Part shown: one piece after another, positions 9,270 to 21,218 of the stretch
How positions within the stretch are numbered: position 1 is the stretch's first letter
Layout of the letters: each line of letters opens with the position of its first letter
Source: an uncultured delta proteobacterium
GTDB lineage: Bacteria > Desulfobacterota > Binatia > UBA9968
Reading direction: 5' to 3'
DNA: 64,000 bases
Assembly: GCA_963847445.1 (NCBI GenBank)
Contig: CAWJZV010000030.1
Coordinates: 448,001 to 512,000, forward strand
Made by a program: the position numbers and the translations under genes
Notes under the pieces: generated by a model
What the model was told of the DNA's origin: nothing
The model's input: the letters and a program-made list of their open reading frames with translations, nothing else
Database searches by the model: none

Positions 9270-10295
9270 ATTCGTCACCGAGCTCCGCCCAAGATTCTTT
9301 TTCAAGTGAACTATGGAGAGTACAATAACAGCAAGGAACAACCACTTACACGTAACCTGAAATAAGCCAACGGTCGAACTGGAGAGTTCCCAGCCAATAA
9401 TATCCCTACAACATCGGTGAGGGGAACGTCCGACAGTAAGAAGTAGGACAACGATCATATCTAGTTCTAGAGTCTTGTCGCTGCTCATAAGTTCATCGTC
9501 TGCTTGCCACTCTTTAAGGCACCTCAAACGACAATAAAGAATTGATAGGTAGATTGTTGCGACCCCGTGAAGAGTCGCGTGAATTCTTCAACATAGTTGG
9601 TGTCGCAGTTGCGTGGCTAAGTCTGACATACTCTAATGACTAAGCCTCAAATTACCGAGAACGACGCCGTAAGAATAGCCAGCGCGCAGATGACGCGGTC
9701 CGGGACAACCGCTCGGATTTGATGCTCGTCAGTTCCAAGGTCCGCTATGGACTGAGTCGACCACTGGATTTACGCTTTTCCCCGACCGGGGGGTTCGATC
9801 AGACCACGGGAGATCGGGGAAAGCTCGAGCGCCGGTCCGATAACCTGGTACAAGTGACGCGCTGCCCGTGCTGAGTTTCTGTAGCCATTTGCTCCTATCC
9901 GGGATACGCCGTTAGTCGCACAAATCCTTTTTCGCTTGAATTGCCGTAGTAGATCATCGTGAAAGTTTCTTGATGGGCAAGCGGTAAAAGAAACTGCCGC
10001 CACTATGGAGCCAAACTCATGGGTTCATCAGGTGCGGAAAATCATCAACGCATCGGCTGCGTCTGATATTGACTGATTGCTTGAAGGGTTTTGCCTTCTG
10101 TATCGGCACTAAGATTTGAACTTGCCGCTGCTGTCTCGTCTGCTCCACGCCAATTTTCGTTGGCACTGAAACGCAAACCCGCATCACAGAAATCGAGATT
10201 TCAGATATATGTCAGGCGGATCGGGCGGCGCATCGAAATAAAATTTTTTCTTTGGCGCCGTTCCGTTAGGATACAGAATTTTTCCCACGCGATCG

Positions 10296-10311
10296 TGGCA
10301 TATTCATTGCT
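10296..10311 (+). promoter_or_regulatory. sigma54 (-24/-12) promoter upstream of opgGH
   Basis: TGGCATATTCATTGCT (GG-N10-GC); AT-rich tract at ~10232-10252. Confidence 0.65.
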
Positions 10312-10358
10312 ACGATCAATGCTTCGAAAAGCATGACAAATATTTCCCGGATACCATC

Positions 10359-11930
10359 GTGGCCATTCTCAAATTTGACGCACTGACTTCAGCGCAAACC
10401 TCCAGGTCGGATGATTGCACAGGTATACACACTGCATTGCGTTGCATGCTGCGCCTGCTGGCAACATTTATCTGCATAATACCGACCCTCGCTCAAGCGA
10501 ACGGCCGGTTCCAATTTGACGATGTCGCGGCCCTGGCAAAAAAAAGTGCCGCCGAAACATTTCGTCCGCCGCAACTTATTCCAGATTTTTTGCGATCGCT
10601 GTCCTACGATGATTATCGCGACATTCGCTTCGACACCAAGCGGTCATGGTGGCGTGATGGCGGCAACTTTCAAGTTCAGTTCATTCATCCCGGCCTGTTT
10701 TACGGTCACGCGGTGAAAATGAACACCGTCGAAGGCGGGGTGGTGCGGCCGGCAAGCTTTTCGCCTGAACAATTTACTTACGGGAGAAATAAGTTCGCCG
10801 ACAAAATCCCCGCCGATCTAGGCTTTGCCGGTTTCCGTATCGCCTATCCGTTTTATCCGAAGAACGAATTTAATCATGTGGTCGTATTCGCCGGTGCAAG
10901 TTACTTCAGAGCGGTGGCAAAAGGCCAAGTGTTCGGCTTGTCCGCGCGCGGCTTGGCGATCGATACCGGCTTGCCGACTGGAGAGGAGTTTCCATATTTC
11001 AAGGAGTTCTGGTTGGAGCGGCCGGCGCGCGACGCGCGCCAAACGACACTGTACGCGTTGCTCGATAGCGCCAGCGTCACGGGCGCTTACTCGTTTGTGA
11101 TCCAACCGGGAGAGCAGACCGTTGTGAATGTGCGCGCACGGTTGTTTCTACGCAAACCGGTGAAGGAGCTCGGCATCGCGCCGCTCACGAGTATGTTTCT
11201 TTACGGCGAGGATAAACCTCGGCCGGCAGATGACTGGCGGCCGGAAGTGCACGATTCAGACGGGTTGCTGGTGCATTCCAGCGCCGGGGAGTGGCTCTGG
11301 CGCCCATTGGGCAATCCAGAAAAACTTCGAGTCAGCTATTTCGAATTCGACAACCCGCGCGGCTTCGGCCTGCTGCAGCGCGATCGGCGCTTGCATAATT
11401 ATGAAGACTTGGAAACCCGGCAAGAATTACGCCCTAACGCATGGATCACGCCCGTCGGCAATTGGGGCAAAGGACAGGTGAAGTTGGTCGAGATTCCGAG
11501 CCGCAAAGAGGCCAACGATAATATAGTCGCCTATTGGCTGCCACGCACGACACCGCCGGTCGGACAAGCCTTCGACTTCGCTTATCGGATCGACTTTCAC
11601 AGCGCCGATCCGGTTGACGTTAATGCGGGCCGGGTGACCGCCATGCGCATCGGCGTCGGCGACAAAGAAGAATGGAAGAGATTCGTTATCGATTTTGAAG
11701 GACAAAAACTTCGCTCTCTGGGCAATGCTACTCCCGTCAAAGCAATTATCGACGTGGGAAGCGACGGCCAACTCGTGCAACAAAGCGTATCGCGAAACCC
11801 AGTGAACGGCGGCTGGCGCGTGAGTTTCCAGGTTAAGCCACCAAAGGGAAAGCCGTTGGAGCTGCGCGCTTTTCTGCAGCACGGTAATCGCGCGCTCAGC
11901 GAAACTTGGAGCTACCAACTCGAGTCATGA
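10359..11930 (+). CDS. opgG: Periplasmic glucan biosynthesis protein G (true start probably 10446)
   Basis: LSYDDYRDIRF, FAGASYFRA, GLSARGLAIDT, GIAPLTSMF, RPEVHDSDGL, DNIVAYW, LSETWSYQ. Confidence 0.95.
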   Translation: MAILKFDALTSAQTSRSDDCTGIHTALRCMLRLLATFICIIPTLAQANGRFQFDDVAALAKKSAAETFRPPQLIPDFLRSLSYDDYRDIRFDTKRSWWRDGGNFQVQFIHPGLFYGHAVKMNTVEGGVVRPASFSPEQFTYGRNKFADKIPADLGFAGFRIAYPFYPKNEFNHVVVFAGASYFRAVAKGQVFGLSARGLAIDTGLPTGEEFPYFKEFWLERPARDARQTTLYALLDSASVTGAYSFVIQPGEQTVVNVRARLFLRKPVKELGIAPLTSMFLYGEDKPRPADDWRPEVHDSDGLLVHSSAGEWLWRPLGNPEKLRVSYFEFDNPRGFGLLQRDRRLHNYEDLETRQELRPNAWITPVGNWGKGQVKLVEIPSRKEANDNIVAYWLPRTTPPVGQAFDFAYRIDFHSADPVDVNAGRVTAMRIGVGDKEEWKRFVIDFEGQKLRSLGNATPVKAIIDVGSDGQLVQQSVSRNPVNGGWRVSFQVKPPKGKPLELRAFLQHGNRALSETWSYQLES

Positions 11931-14404
11931 GTGAATCTAATTATCAACCAGCGCCATCGTCACAAAGCGCCGTCCGCGGGCGGGCGTGACTTCGATCCCG
12001 CTGCTCAACTTGACCGGCCCAGGGTGCGGCGCCGCGCCGCGCAGAAGCATCGCGCCAGTCAATTGTGCTGCCAATTCAATAACCATTGGCGGGACTGTCC
12101 GAGCCGGTTCGCCACGCCAGAGATCCGACGCATTTCCATGGTGCCGACCAAGATCGAAGTCGGGCTATGGCGCCGTCTCATGGCTAAATTGGCGAACAGG
12201 ACAGAACCCAATCAAAAACACTCTCGGCTGCCAAGCCAGTCGACGGTGACGTATCGAAGAGTGCGGAAATTCAGATCGGCTGGCGGCGCGCGGCAAAGCA
12301 CCGGCGCAACGCATTAGCACTCGTCGTGCTCGCGCAGACCGTGCTTGCAAGTTGGTCCCTGGCGCGATCATTTTCCAGCCCGGAGTTGAGCGCTTTACAG
12401 ATCGCCATCATCGTCAACTTTTCTATTCTGTTTTGCTGGATTTCTTTTTCCTTCTGGAGCAACGTTGCCGGTTTCTGGACGCTCTGGCGTGCCGGTCCCG
12501 TTTGCCCGGTGGCTGAAGCGGCCAAACGCTGTGCCGATCAGCCCTTGCGGTCGCATAACGCACTGCTAATGCCGATTTGCAATGAAGATGTCAGCCGCTG
12601 CCTCGCGGCGATCGAAGCGATATATTTATCGCTTGCCCAGACCGGCGAGCTGGATCATTTCGAGTTTTTTCTGTTGAGCGATTCCAGCGACGCGGAGCGG
12701 CAAGTCGAGGAAGAAATCGCCTGGGCCAAGACCTGTCGCAACGTCGATGGATTCACCCGAATATTTTATCGCCACCGGCGCAACAACGTTAAGCGCAAGA
12801 GTGGCAACATAGCCGATTTCCTACGGCGCTGGGGAGTGAATTATGACCATATGGTTGTATTGGACGCCGATAGCGTGATGTCCGGCGAAAACCTCGTGCA
12901 GCTGGCGCGCTTGATGGAGCGTTATCCAAAAGTTGGCGTTATCCAAACGGTACCGACCATCGTCAACGGCCAGTCGTTGTTCGCGCGCGCGCAACAGTTC
13001 GCCAGTCGTTGCTATGGCTCTTTGTTCAGCGCCAGTCTGCATTTCTGGCAACTTGGCGAGAGTTATTATTGGGGCCACAACGCGATTATTCGGGTCGCGC
13101 CGTTCGTGAAACATTGCGGATTGGCGCGACTGTTCGGCAAACCGCCGTTGGGCGGAGAAATCCTGAGCCATGATTTTGTCGAGGCCGCCTTAATCGGTCG
13201 CGCCGGTTGGGAAGTGTGGCTTGCTCGTGGTTTGACCGGCAGTTATGAAGAATCACCGCCGAGCCTATTGGACGAGCTCAAGCGCGACCGGCGCTGGTGC
13301 CAGGGAAACTTGCAGCATCTGCGGCTCTGGTTCGGTAACGGCATCAAAGCCGGCCATCGCGCGATTCTCATCATGGGCGTCATGGCCTATGCATCGGCGC
13401 TGTTGTGGCTGAGTTTCTTGTTTCTCAACACCGTCGAATTGATCGTGCAGTCGGTCACTACGCCGGTCTATTTTTCACCGCATCCGAGGCTGTTTCCAAT
13501 TTGGCCTGAGTGGCATCCAGAATGGGCGCTCGCTTTGGTCGGCACCACCGCGCTATTGTTGTTGTTGCCCAAGCTCCTGAGTTTTTTATTGATTCTAAAA
13601 AACCGTGAAACGCGGCTCTACGGCGGTTTGGTTTCTCTCTGCGCGAGTATCGCTGCGGAAATCTTGCTGTCGACCCTAATGGCGCCGATCCGCATGTGGT
13701 TTCACAGTAAATTTGTCTTGCTGACGTTACTGGGCCGGCCGATCCGTTGGACAACGCAATGCCGCACGGAAAGTGCCACCGATTGGCGCGCAGCGATTAA
13801 CGCCCACGGATTTTCGGCATTCTTAGCCGGCGCTTGGGTTGTGGTGATGTCCTGGATCAATCCCGCGGTGCTCTTGTGGATGCTGCCGATTTGCCTGGCG
13901 CTCGCCTTGTCGGTGCCGCTTTCTGTGTATTTAAGCCGGCCAGGCCTTGGCCAGGCCGCCAAGCGATGGCATCTGTTTCAAATTCCCGAAGAGAGTTGTC
14001 CGCCGCCAGTAGTTGCCGCAACCCAAGCAAGCTTTGAGCGGCGCCGCGGCCAAGACTTTCCCGGCGGCGGCTTCCTATACACCGTGATGGATTCCTGGGC
14101 GAACCGGCTTCATGTGAAACTACTGCGCGGGCGAACGCCGAAACCGTCCCGACCTAAAGAACGAAACAGAGACCTTTGCGAGCTCGCGCGTAAAAAGGGT
14201 CTGGCGGCGTTGTCTCACTCAGAAAAGGCGCACTTACTCAAAGATGCCGAGAGCATGTCGGCGCTCCACGACGAAATATGCCACGACCGCGAAGCCCATG
14301 TCGCTTCTAACCGGCATACGGACGGCACAGCGACGCCGGTTGGCTACAAGAATCCGGGCCACCACAAACGTCATCATAGCGAATCTTTATCAACGGTTAA
14401 TTAG
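11931..14404 (+). CDS. opgH: Glucan biosynthesis glucosyltransferase H, one frameshift near 12190-12240
   Basis: MPICNEDV, RKSGNIADF, VLDADSVM, YWGHNAIIR, LSHDFVEA, RDRRWCQGNLQH. The 128-aa upstream ORF carries the MdoH N-terminal 'P.IRR.SM.P' motif, and the main frame extends upstream as GWRRAAKHRRNALALVVLAQT. Confidence 0.93.
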
Positions 14405-14537
14405 AGGCTTCAGGCCGAGAGGGCGCCGATGGCGTCTCAAATTACCCGCGATTGGCGATATTTGAATCTTCGTGATCCGCTCGCCGCAACTCGCTGCGAT
14501 TGTTTCGCTGCCCATCGGCTACAACTGCTTGCGTCAC

Positions 14538-15949
14538 TCACTCTACAACTAACTTGGCAACGATCTCATACATCGCGCGAATCGCCGCAGTCAGACGTTC
14601 CACCGGCATGCGTTCGTCGACGCCGTGGACCAAGCCTTCACTGCTCGGCGTGCTGCGCTGGGGTAGGAAACCTAGACAGGGAATTCCTTTGGCGCGAAAA
14701 AAGTGGCAATCGGTAAAGCCGCTGCCGACCGAAAACAACACGGCTGCGCCGGGATCGTGGGCTTTCGCGTACTCGGTGATCACTTTCATCGCTTCTGGAT
14801 TGGTCGGTGAAGTCGCCGCCGTGCGCGAGAGCAAAATTTCGATCTTGACCGAATCGTCGGCGAGCACGCGGCGCAGTTCGTTGATAAACGCCTCGGGCTG
14901 TTCGCCGGGCAGCAAGCGCACGTCGACTTCGGCCGAAGCTTCGGCGGGGATCACGTTGATTTTGTCGGAGCCTTTGATGCCGGTGATGGAAATCGTATTG
15001 CGCACCCGGGCATTGTTGCTGCGGTCTTTGAGAAACTCAGCGGCGAACGTCGGTTCTTGCAGCGCCTTGCGCAGGTCCAAGTAATGCTCGCGCCGGTTGG
15101 CCGGCGCCGTCGCCGCGCTATCGGCGTAGAACTTCTGCACCTCAGGGGTCACTTTGACCGGGCTCTGATAGCTCGCCAAGCGGTTGAGCGCAGCGATCAA
15201 TTTGAGCACCGCTTGATTATCTCCCGGCGAAGCCGCATGACCCGGCGTCCCTGGCGCCGTCAACTTCAACCAGAGCGGCACTTTTTCCGCGACGCCGACG
15301 CTATACAAACGCGCGCGGCCATCATCGCCAACGCGGATGCCGCCGCCTTCGTTAAACACCACGCTGACGTCTTTAAACAGCTCTGGATGCTTGTCGAGCA
15401 AAAAACCTGCGCCGAGCACGCCGCCGGCTTCTTCGTCGGCCGTGCCGAGAAGAATTAAATCGCCTTTGAGCTGGATGTTCTGGCGTTTGAGCGCGAGCAG
15501 CGTCATCAATGCCATTACGCCGCCGCCTTTGTTATCGAGCGCACCCCGGCCCCAAATCACGCCGTCTTTTATCGCACCGCTGAATGGCGGCTCGCGCCAT
15601 AGTTCGGCTTGTGCCGGCACGACGTCCATGTGATGCATCAGCAGGATCGCTTTCTTGGCGCCGTTGCCTTTGAGCCGAGCATATAGGTTCGCCCGGCCCG
15701 GCGCCGACTCGATGACGCGCGCTTCGATGCCTTCCTTGTCCAAGATCGCTTTGAGAAACGCCGCCGCTTTCAACTCGTTGCCGGGCGGATTGGTCGTGTC
15801 GATCTGAACGTAGCGGCTTAGCATCGCAGACCGCTTCGTCTTCGAGCGCCTTCCAGTCGAGTTTGGCATCGGCGCCGAAGCTGACGGCTGCACTCGGTGA
15901 TAAAGGCACCGCCAACAGATCACAACCAGCTATGACAGAACTTTTTCAT
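14538..15949 (-). CDS. M20/M25/M40 family metallopeptidase (secreted), N-terminal frameshifts
   Basis: IDTTNPPGNE, HHMDVVPA, WGRGALDNKG, TADEEAGG, NEGG, GFTD, HGVDER. Confidence 0.9.
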
Positions 15950-16890
15950 CCACCCCTCCGTGCACATTAGTTTGAAAGAAACTCCTTCGACGAGCTGCGA
16001 AAATCTCCGAAATCTGCTTCGGATGAAACCAACGCACATCTTTGTCGCCGCGGAACCAAGTCAGTTGGCGCTTGGCCAAGTGGCGAGTTTGCTGTTGCAT
16101 TTCTTCCAGCGCCGCGTCAATCGTTAAAGCGCCGCGAATCACCTTACCCATCTGCGCATAGCCGACGCTGCCCAGGGGTTTTAGATCGAGCGAATAACCG
16201 CGCGCCACCAGGCCGCGCACTTCATCGAGCAAACCCGCTTGAATCATCGCCGCGCTGCGCCGATTGATGCGCTCGTAGAGCTCGGCGCGATCAAGGTTCA
16301 ACCCCACCTTCAGCACATCGAAGGAGTCTTCTGGAAAACGATGCTCATTTTGCCATTGGCTAATCGGTTTGCCGGTCAGTTGATAAACCTCCAGAGCACG
16401 AACTGTGCGCGAGCGATCGTTGGGATGAATTGTCGATGTTACCGTCGGATCGATCTCGGCCAGCCGCCGGTAGACCGAATGCTAAGCCGCTCTGGGCAAT
16501 TTCCTTTTCCAGTTCGCTGCGAAATATCACATCCTGCGCCGGGCCCTCGAATAATCCTCGCGTCAGCGCCTTGAGATAGAGCCCCGTACCGCCGCAGACC
16601 ATCGGGTTACGCTTGCGCTCATCGATCTGGTAGATCACTTCGCTCGCCAGATGGCGAAACATCGCGGCATTGAACTCCTGGTCTGGTTTCACCACGTCGA
16701 TCAAATGATGGCGCACGCGCTCGCGCTCCGCCAGCGGTCGGCTTGCCCGTGCCGATATCCATGAATCGATAAACCTGCTGCGAGTCGGCATTGACGATCT
16801 CGCCATTCAATTGCCCGGCGAGTTCCAAGCGCCAACGCGCTCTTGCCCACCGCCGTGGGCCCGAGGATGATCAACGATTTTCGGCTTCAT
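15930..16890 (-). CDS. miaA: tRNA dimethylallyltransferase (several frameshifts)
   Basis: Fragments [56 protein letters not shown]; next to mutL. Confidence 0.92.
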
Positions 16891-16909
16891 CGAATAAAAG
16901 ATAACTTCC

Positions 16910-17018
16910 GTTCAAGGTTCAACGTTCAATCGTTCAAAGCTTTCGGTCCGAAGTCCGAATCAGACGTTGAACCCATTCGGCAGGCTCAGGGCAGGCTTTT
17001 GAACCCTTGAACCTTGCA
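16910..17018. repeat. Palindromic 7/8-mer ladder (GTTCAA x4 ... TTGAAC x3) with an embedded REP-like unit
   Basis: GTTCAA at 16910, 16917, 16924, 16932; TTGAAC at 16967, 16999, 17007; CCATTCGGCAGGCTCAGGGCAGGC inserted at ~16973-16996. Confidence 0.7.
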
Positions 17019-17026
17019 CGAGAGTT

Positions 17027-18840
17027 TTACGCTATGCGTTTGAACATACGCTCCAATTGGTCGCGGCTCAGCTCGACCAAGACCGGCCGCCCATGCGGGC
17101 ACTGAGTGGCAAACTCGACCTGGTCGAGATCGCGCAGGAGCGCCCGCATCTCCTCCATCGCCAATTTGCGATTGGCGCGAATCACGCTGTGGCAAGCCAT
17201 GGTCGCCAGGCGGTCTTCAAGATGCTGGCGAAGTCTTGAGGAGGTATCGACCTCAGCCAACTCGGCGACCATCTGGCGTACCAACTGGCTGTAGTCCCCC
17301 TCGGGCAACAGCGCGGGTACAGATGTGATTGCGAAGGAACTCGGCCCAAACGGCTCCAAACTAAAACCGTGACGTTCCATAACGGCCAATTTCTCTTCCA
17401 GCATCATGATCTCACCGGCGCTAAGTTCGACGCTCTGGGGAATCAGTAGATCCTGCCGCTCGACGGCGTTGGCCCGCAACTGATGGCGCAGCCGTTCGAA
17501 GGCGATTCGTTCATGGGCGGCGTGTTGATCGATCAGGATCAAGCGGTCGGTGGCGGAGCAGACCAGATAGCAGCCAAGAATCTGATCGTGGATAGTGAGC
17601 GATGAGAAGAAACCTACCCGCCCCGGCCGCTCGTTCTGCGGCACGGTAAACAGTCACGTCGCGCGATGGCATGCGATTCGACATTTGGAAGCCCGCGAGT
17701 TGAATGGCCCAACAACGACTCTCGTACCGTCGGATCGGCGGCCGGAAGCAAAGGAATAAGCCGGCCGCCATTGGCGCGGCGAAGCTGCGTTAGCTCGACA
17801 GCGGTACAACACCGTCCGGCGCTTTGGCATCGCGCTGCAAAGCCGACCGCATCGACCGTGACACCGTTTCATGGACATCGCTTTGGCGGCGGAAGCGCAC
17901 CTCGTACTTGGCCGGATGGACATTGACATCGACCTCGGCGAAAGGCATTTCCAAGAACAACACCACCGCCGGATATTGGCCTTTCATCAGCAGAGTATCG
18001 TAGCCATGCAGCACCGCATGGGTGATCACTTTGTCACGCACGTAGCGGCGGTTGACGAAGGTGAACAGATAACGCGCGTTGGGAAATGAAGTCGGCGCCG
18101 TGCTCAGGAAACCGCTGACGGTCACCTCGCCCTGGGTGAAAGAGAAGGGCTTCAAGCTCTTGGCCACATCGATCACCCAGCACCTGCTGCAAACGATCCC
18201 GCTCCTGCCGCACCGAAATGTAGTCCGCCACGGTGCGGCCGTCATGCTGCAGGCGAAAGTGCACCTGCGGGTGAGCCAGGGCCAGACGGTTGACTACATC
18301 GCAGACATGGCTTAGCTCGGTCGCCGGCGCCTTGAGAAACTTGCGCCGCGCCGGGGTGTTGAAAAATATGTCGCGAATCTCGATGGTCGTGCCCACGGCA
18401 GCGGCAGCGGCGTGTACTTCACCCTTCTTGCCGCCATCGACCGTCAACTTGGCGCCGCTGGCGCTCGATGCCGGCCGCGACGAGATGTCCATCTTGGCGA
18501 TGGAGCCGATGCTCGGCAACGCCTCGCCGCGAAATCCCAATGTCGCGATGCGAAACAGATCGTCGGCTTCTCTGAGCTTACTGGTGGCGTGACGCTCCAC
18601 CGCCAGGGCCAAATCCTCCGGCGTCATTCCCTCGCCGTTGTCGGTGATGCGAATGACGGCGGTGCCGCTCTTTTCGAGCCAGACGAAGATCTCAGTGGCG
18701 CCGGCATCGAGAGAGTTCTCCATGAGCTCTTTGACCACCGAGGCCGGCCGCTCGACCACTTCGCCGGCGGCGATCCGGCTGGCCATTTCGTCGGATAGAA
18801 TATGGATCTTCAAATTTGTCTGGCTTCGTATAGAAACCAT
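17027..18840 (-). CDS. mutL: DNA mismatch repair protein MutL (frameshifted)
   Basis: IAAGEVVERPASVVKEL.ENSLDA, HATSK, GFRGEAL, VDVNVHPAK, endonuclease motifs DQHAAHER, ACH, CPHGRP. Confidence 0.95.
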
Positions 18841-18891
18841 AACCTAGGGCAAAAGATTGGGTCAACGACTCGATCGATTCTGCCGAAAAAT

Positions 18892-18928
18892 AAAAAGGGC
18901 AAGCCCGCATTCAGCGGCTTGCCCTTTT
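18892..18928. terminator. Intrinsic terminator downstream of the ubiD-like gene (possibly bidirectional)
   Basis: AAAAGGGCAAGCC-loop-GGCTTGCCCTTTT inverted repeat with A/T tails on both sides. Confidence 0.75.
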
Positions 18929-18965
18929 CACGGTAAACCAACGACGAACTTTACTTCTTGCCGTA

Positions 18966-20392
18966 CTACCGAACAGTTCGGCACCCCACTTTTTTGGCGG
19001 TGGCGTCAAGCACTTCCCGGCTCGACTCGGCGACCGGTGGAAAGTCCTTAATCCACTCATAGGGCCGGGTCGCGTCGATGATCGCCCGCGAGTTGAAACC
19101 CTTTTTGGTTGGATGAATAACCGGATCGAGCGGTCCGCTCCAGCAACGGCGCAGGATGTCGATATCCGCCTCGGGTTCGCACCGGCTCGACATCGCCCAG
19201 ATCATGTCGTCGGTATTCGATGGATCGATGTCATCGTCGACGACGATCACGAAACGGCCGAGATAAGCACCGGCGTGACATTGCGAGGCGATCACTGCGG
19301 CCTGCTTGGCATGTCCAGGGTAGCGCTGCTTGATCGATACGCACATCATCAAGCGGCTGCCGCCGGAAACCGTGAGCCAGACGCCCTTAACGTCAGGGAC
19401 GCCGGCCTTTTCCATCTCATCCCAGATCAATGCGGAACGGAGATAGGAACGGTACCAACCCAATTCCGCGGGCGGACGGCCCGGAGGGGAGCCGAGAATG
19501 ATCGGATCGTTGCGATGATACAAACGTTTCACTTCGACCCAGGGCTCGGCGCGTTCGGCGCTGGCGTAATAGCCGGTCCACTCGCCGAACGGGCCTTCGA
19601 CCTTGGGTTGGTCGAAACGAACATCGCCTTCGATGACGATTTCGGCGTTGGCCGGGATCGGCAGGCCGGAGTATTCTCCTTCGATCATTTCAAAAGGTTC
19701 GCCGCGGATGCCGCCGATGAATTCATACTCCGGCACGCCGTAGGGCACTTCGATACTGCCGGCCAGGAACGTCAACGGATCATGGCCGAAGGACATCGCC
19801 ATTTTGAATGGCTTGCCGTTGGCCTGGTATTTTTCCCGTTGAATGCGCCCATGCTTGCCGGGAGAAATATAAAATCCGACCTTGTCCTTGTCATGGATCA
19901 TGACCCGGTAGGTGCCGTAGTTGACCCATCCCTCGTCCGGATCGCGGGTGATATCGACGCTGCCGGTGCCGATGTAGCGGCCGCCATCTTTGTCATGCCA
20001 CTTGCGGCGTGGGAAACTTGAACATGTCGATTTCGCCGTCGCGGTAGACGTTGTCGAACAGCCCGCTCTTCTTGACGAACTTGGGCGGGATCGGTTTGAT
20101 CTTCTTGTAGTTGTCTTTCCAAATCTTGACGAAATCCATCTTGGTTTCGCCGGCCGGCAGGCCCAGGGTCAGCGCGAGACGCTTGCGCGACGACAACGAA
20201 TTGGATAGCACCCGATAATCCTTTGGGATAGCCCTTGATGTCCTCGAACAGGACCGCAGGTCCGTCTTCTTTGTGCGCGACGATTTCAGTAATCGCGCCG
20301 ATTTCCAGATTCCAGTCGCAGCCCTTGAGGGTCTTGAGCTCACCCATTTCATCGGCGATCTGAATCCAGTCTCGCAGATCCTGATATTCCAT
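18966..20392 (-). CDS. UbiD-family prFMN-dependent (aromatic acid) decarboxylase (frameshifted)
   Basis: YQDLRDWI, GPAVLFEDIKGYP, IPANAEIVIEG, EGPFGEWTGYY, VVDDDIDP, AIIDATRP. Confidence 0.9.
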
Positions 20393-20553
20393 TATGTCCT
20401 CCTAATATAAATTCGAAACCGAAGCTCTAACTTGGCCGAAACCAACTTGCCGACGACCTTAGCTAAATTCTCCCGTCGATTCAAGACAGCGCTGTCACAC
20501 GGCCGCGGCAAAATTTAATTGAAAACAACGACTTATCATGTTACCCCAAGACT

Positions 20554-21034
20554 GTGCCGGAAAAATTAAAAAGCTTGGAAGAATTGGCGGCAATCGCCGC
20601 GGCGGCGCGCGCCAAAGGTCAAACGGTGGTTTTCACCAACGGCTGTTTCGATCTGTTGCACCGCGGCCATGTGCACACGCTGCGCCAAGCCAAAGCCGCC
20701 GGCGATTTGCTGATCGTCGCGCGTCAACAGCGATCGATCGGTGAAATCGATCAAGACGCCGCAACGGCCGATTTTACCGGAAACCGACCGACTTGAGTTG
20801 ATCGCTGCCATGGAGATGGTAGACTACGTCATTCTTTTTGACGAACCCGATCCGTACCAGCTGATCGCGGCGATCAAGCCGCAAGTGTTGGCCAAAGGCG
20901 GCGACTGGAGCAGCGATAAGATTATCGGCGCCGATATCGTCGAAGCGGCCGGCGGCCGGGTCGCGCTGATACCGTACTTAAAAGGATTTTCGACAACGGA
21001 AATAATTGAAAGGATAAGAAACTTAGATGGCTAG
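20554..21034 (+). CDS. rfaE2: D-glycero-beta-D-manno-heptose 1-phosphate adenylyltransferase (HldE domain II), one frameshift
   Basis: [42 protein letters not shown]. Confidence 0.92.
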
Positions 21035-21218
21035 AGTTTGTAAAATTTGCGGCAAAGGCCGTTCGGTCGGAATGAACGTCAGCCATGCCAACAACAAGAC
21101 CAAACGTTCGTGGCGGGCAAACCTAAAAACTGTTCGGGGCAAGTTCGGCGACCAAGTCAAACGGTTGCTGGTGTGCACCGATTGCATCCATTCGGGACGC
21201 GTGCAGAAGGTCGCCTAG
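21027..21218 (+). CDS. rpmB: 50S ribosomal protein L28 (zinc-ribbon form)
   Basis: [27 protein letters not shown]...VCTDCIHSG. Confidence 0.95.
   Translation: MARVCKICGKGRSVGMNVSHANNKTKRSWRANLKTVRGKFGDQVKRLLVCTDCIHSGRVQKVA

Noticed and set aside
9786-9800. GGGGGTTCGATC tRNA T-arm-like motif
   Set aside because: No complementary T-stem, cloverleaf or CCA end.
10161-10175. Second sigma54-like motif TGGCACTGAAACGCA
   Set aside because: GG-GC spacing is 9 rather than the required 10.
21157-21218. Convergent overlap of the rel and rpmB 3' ends
   Set aside because: The rel tail is low-complexity and likely extended by an indel; not reliable.
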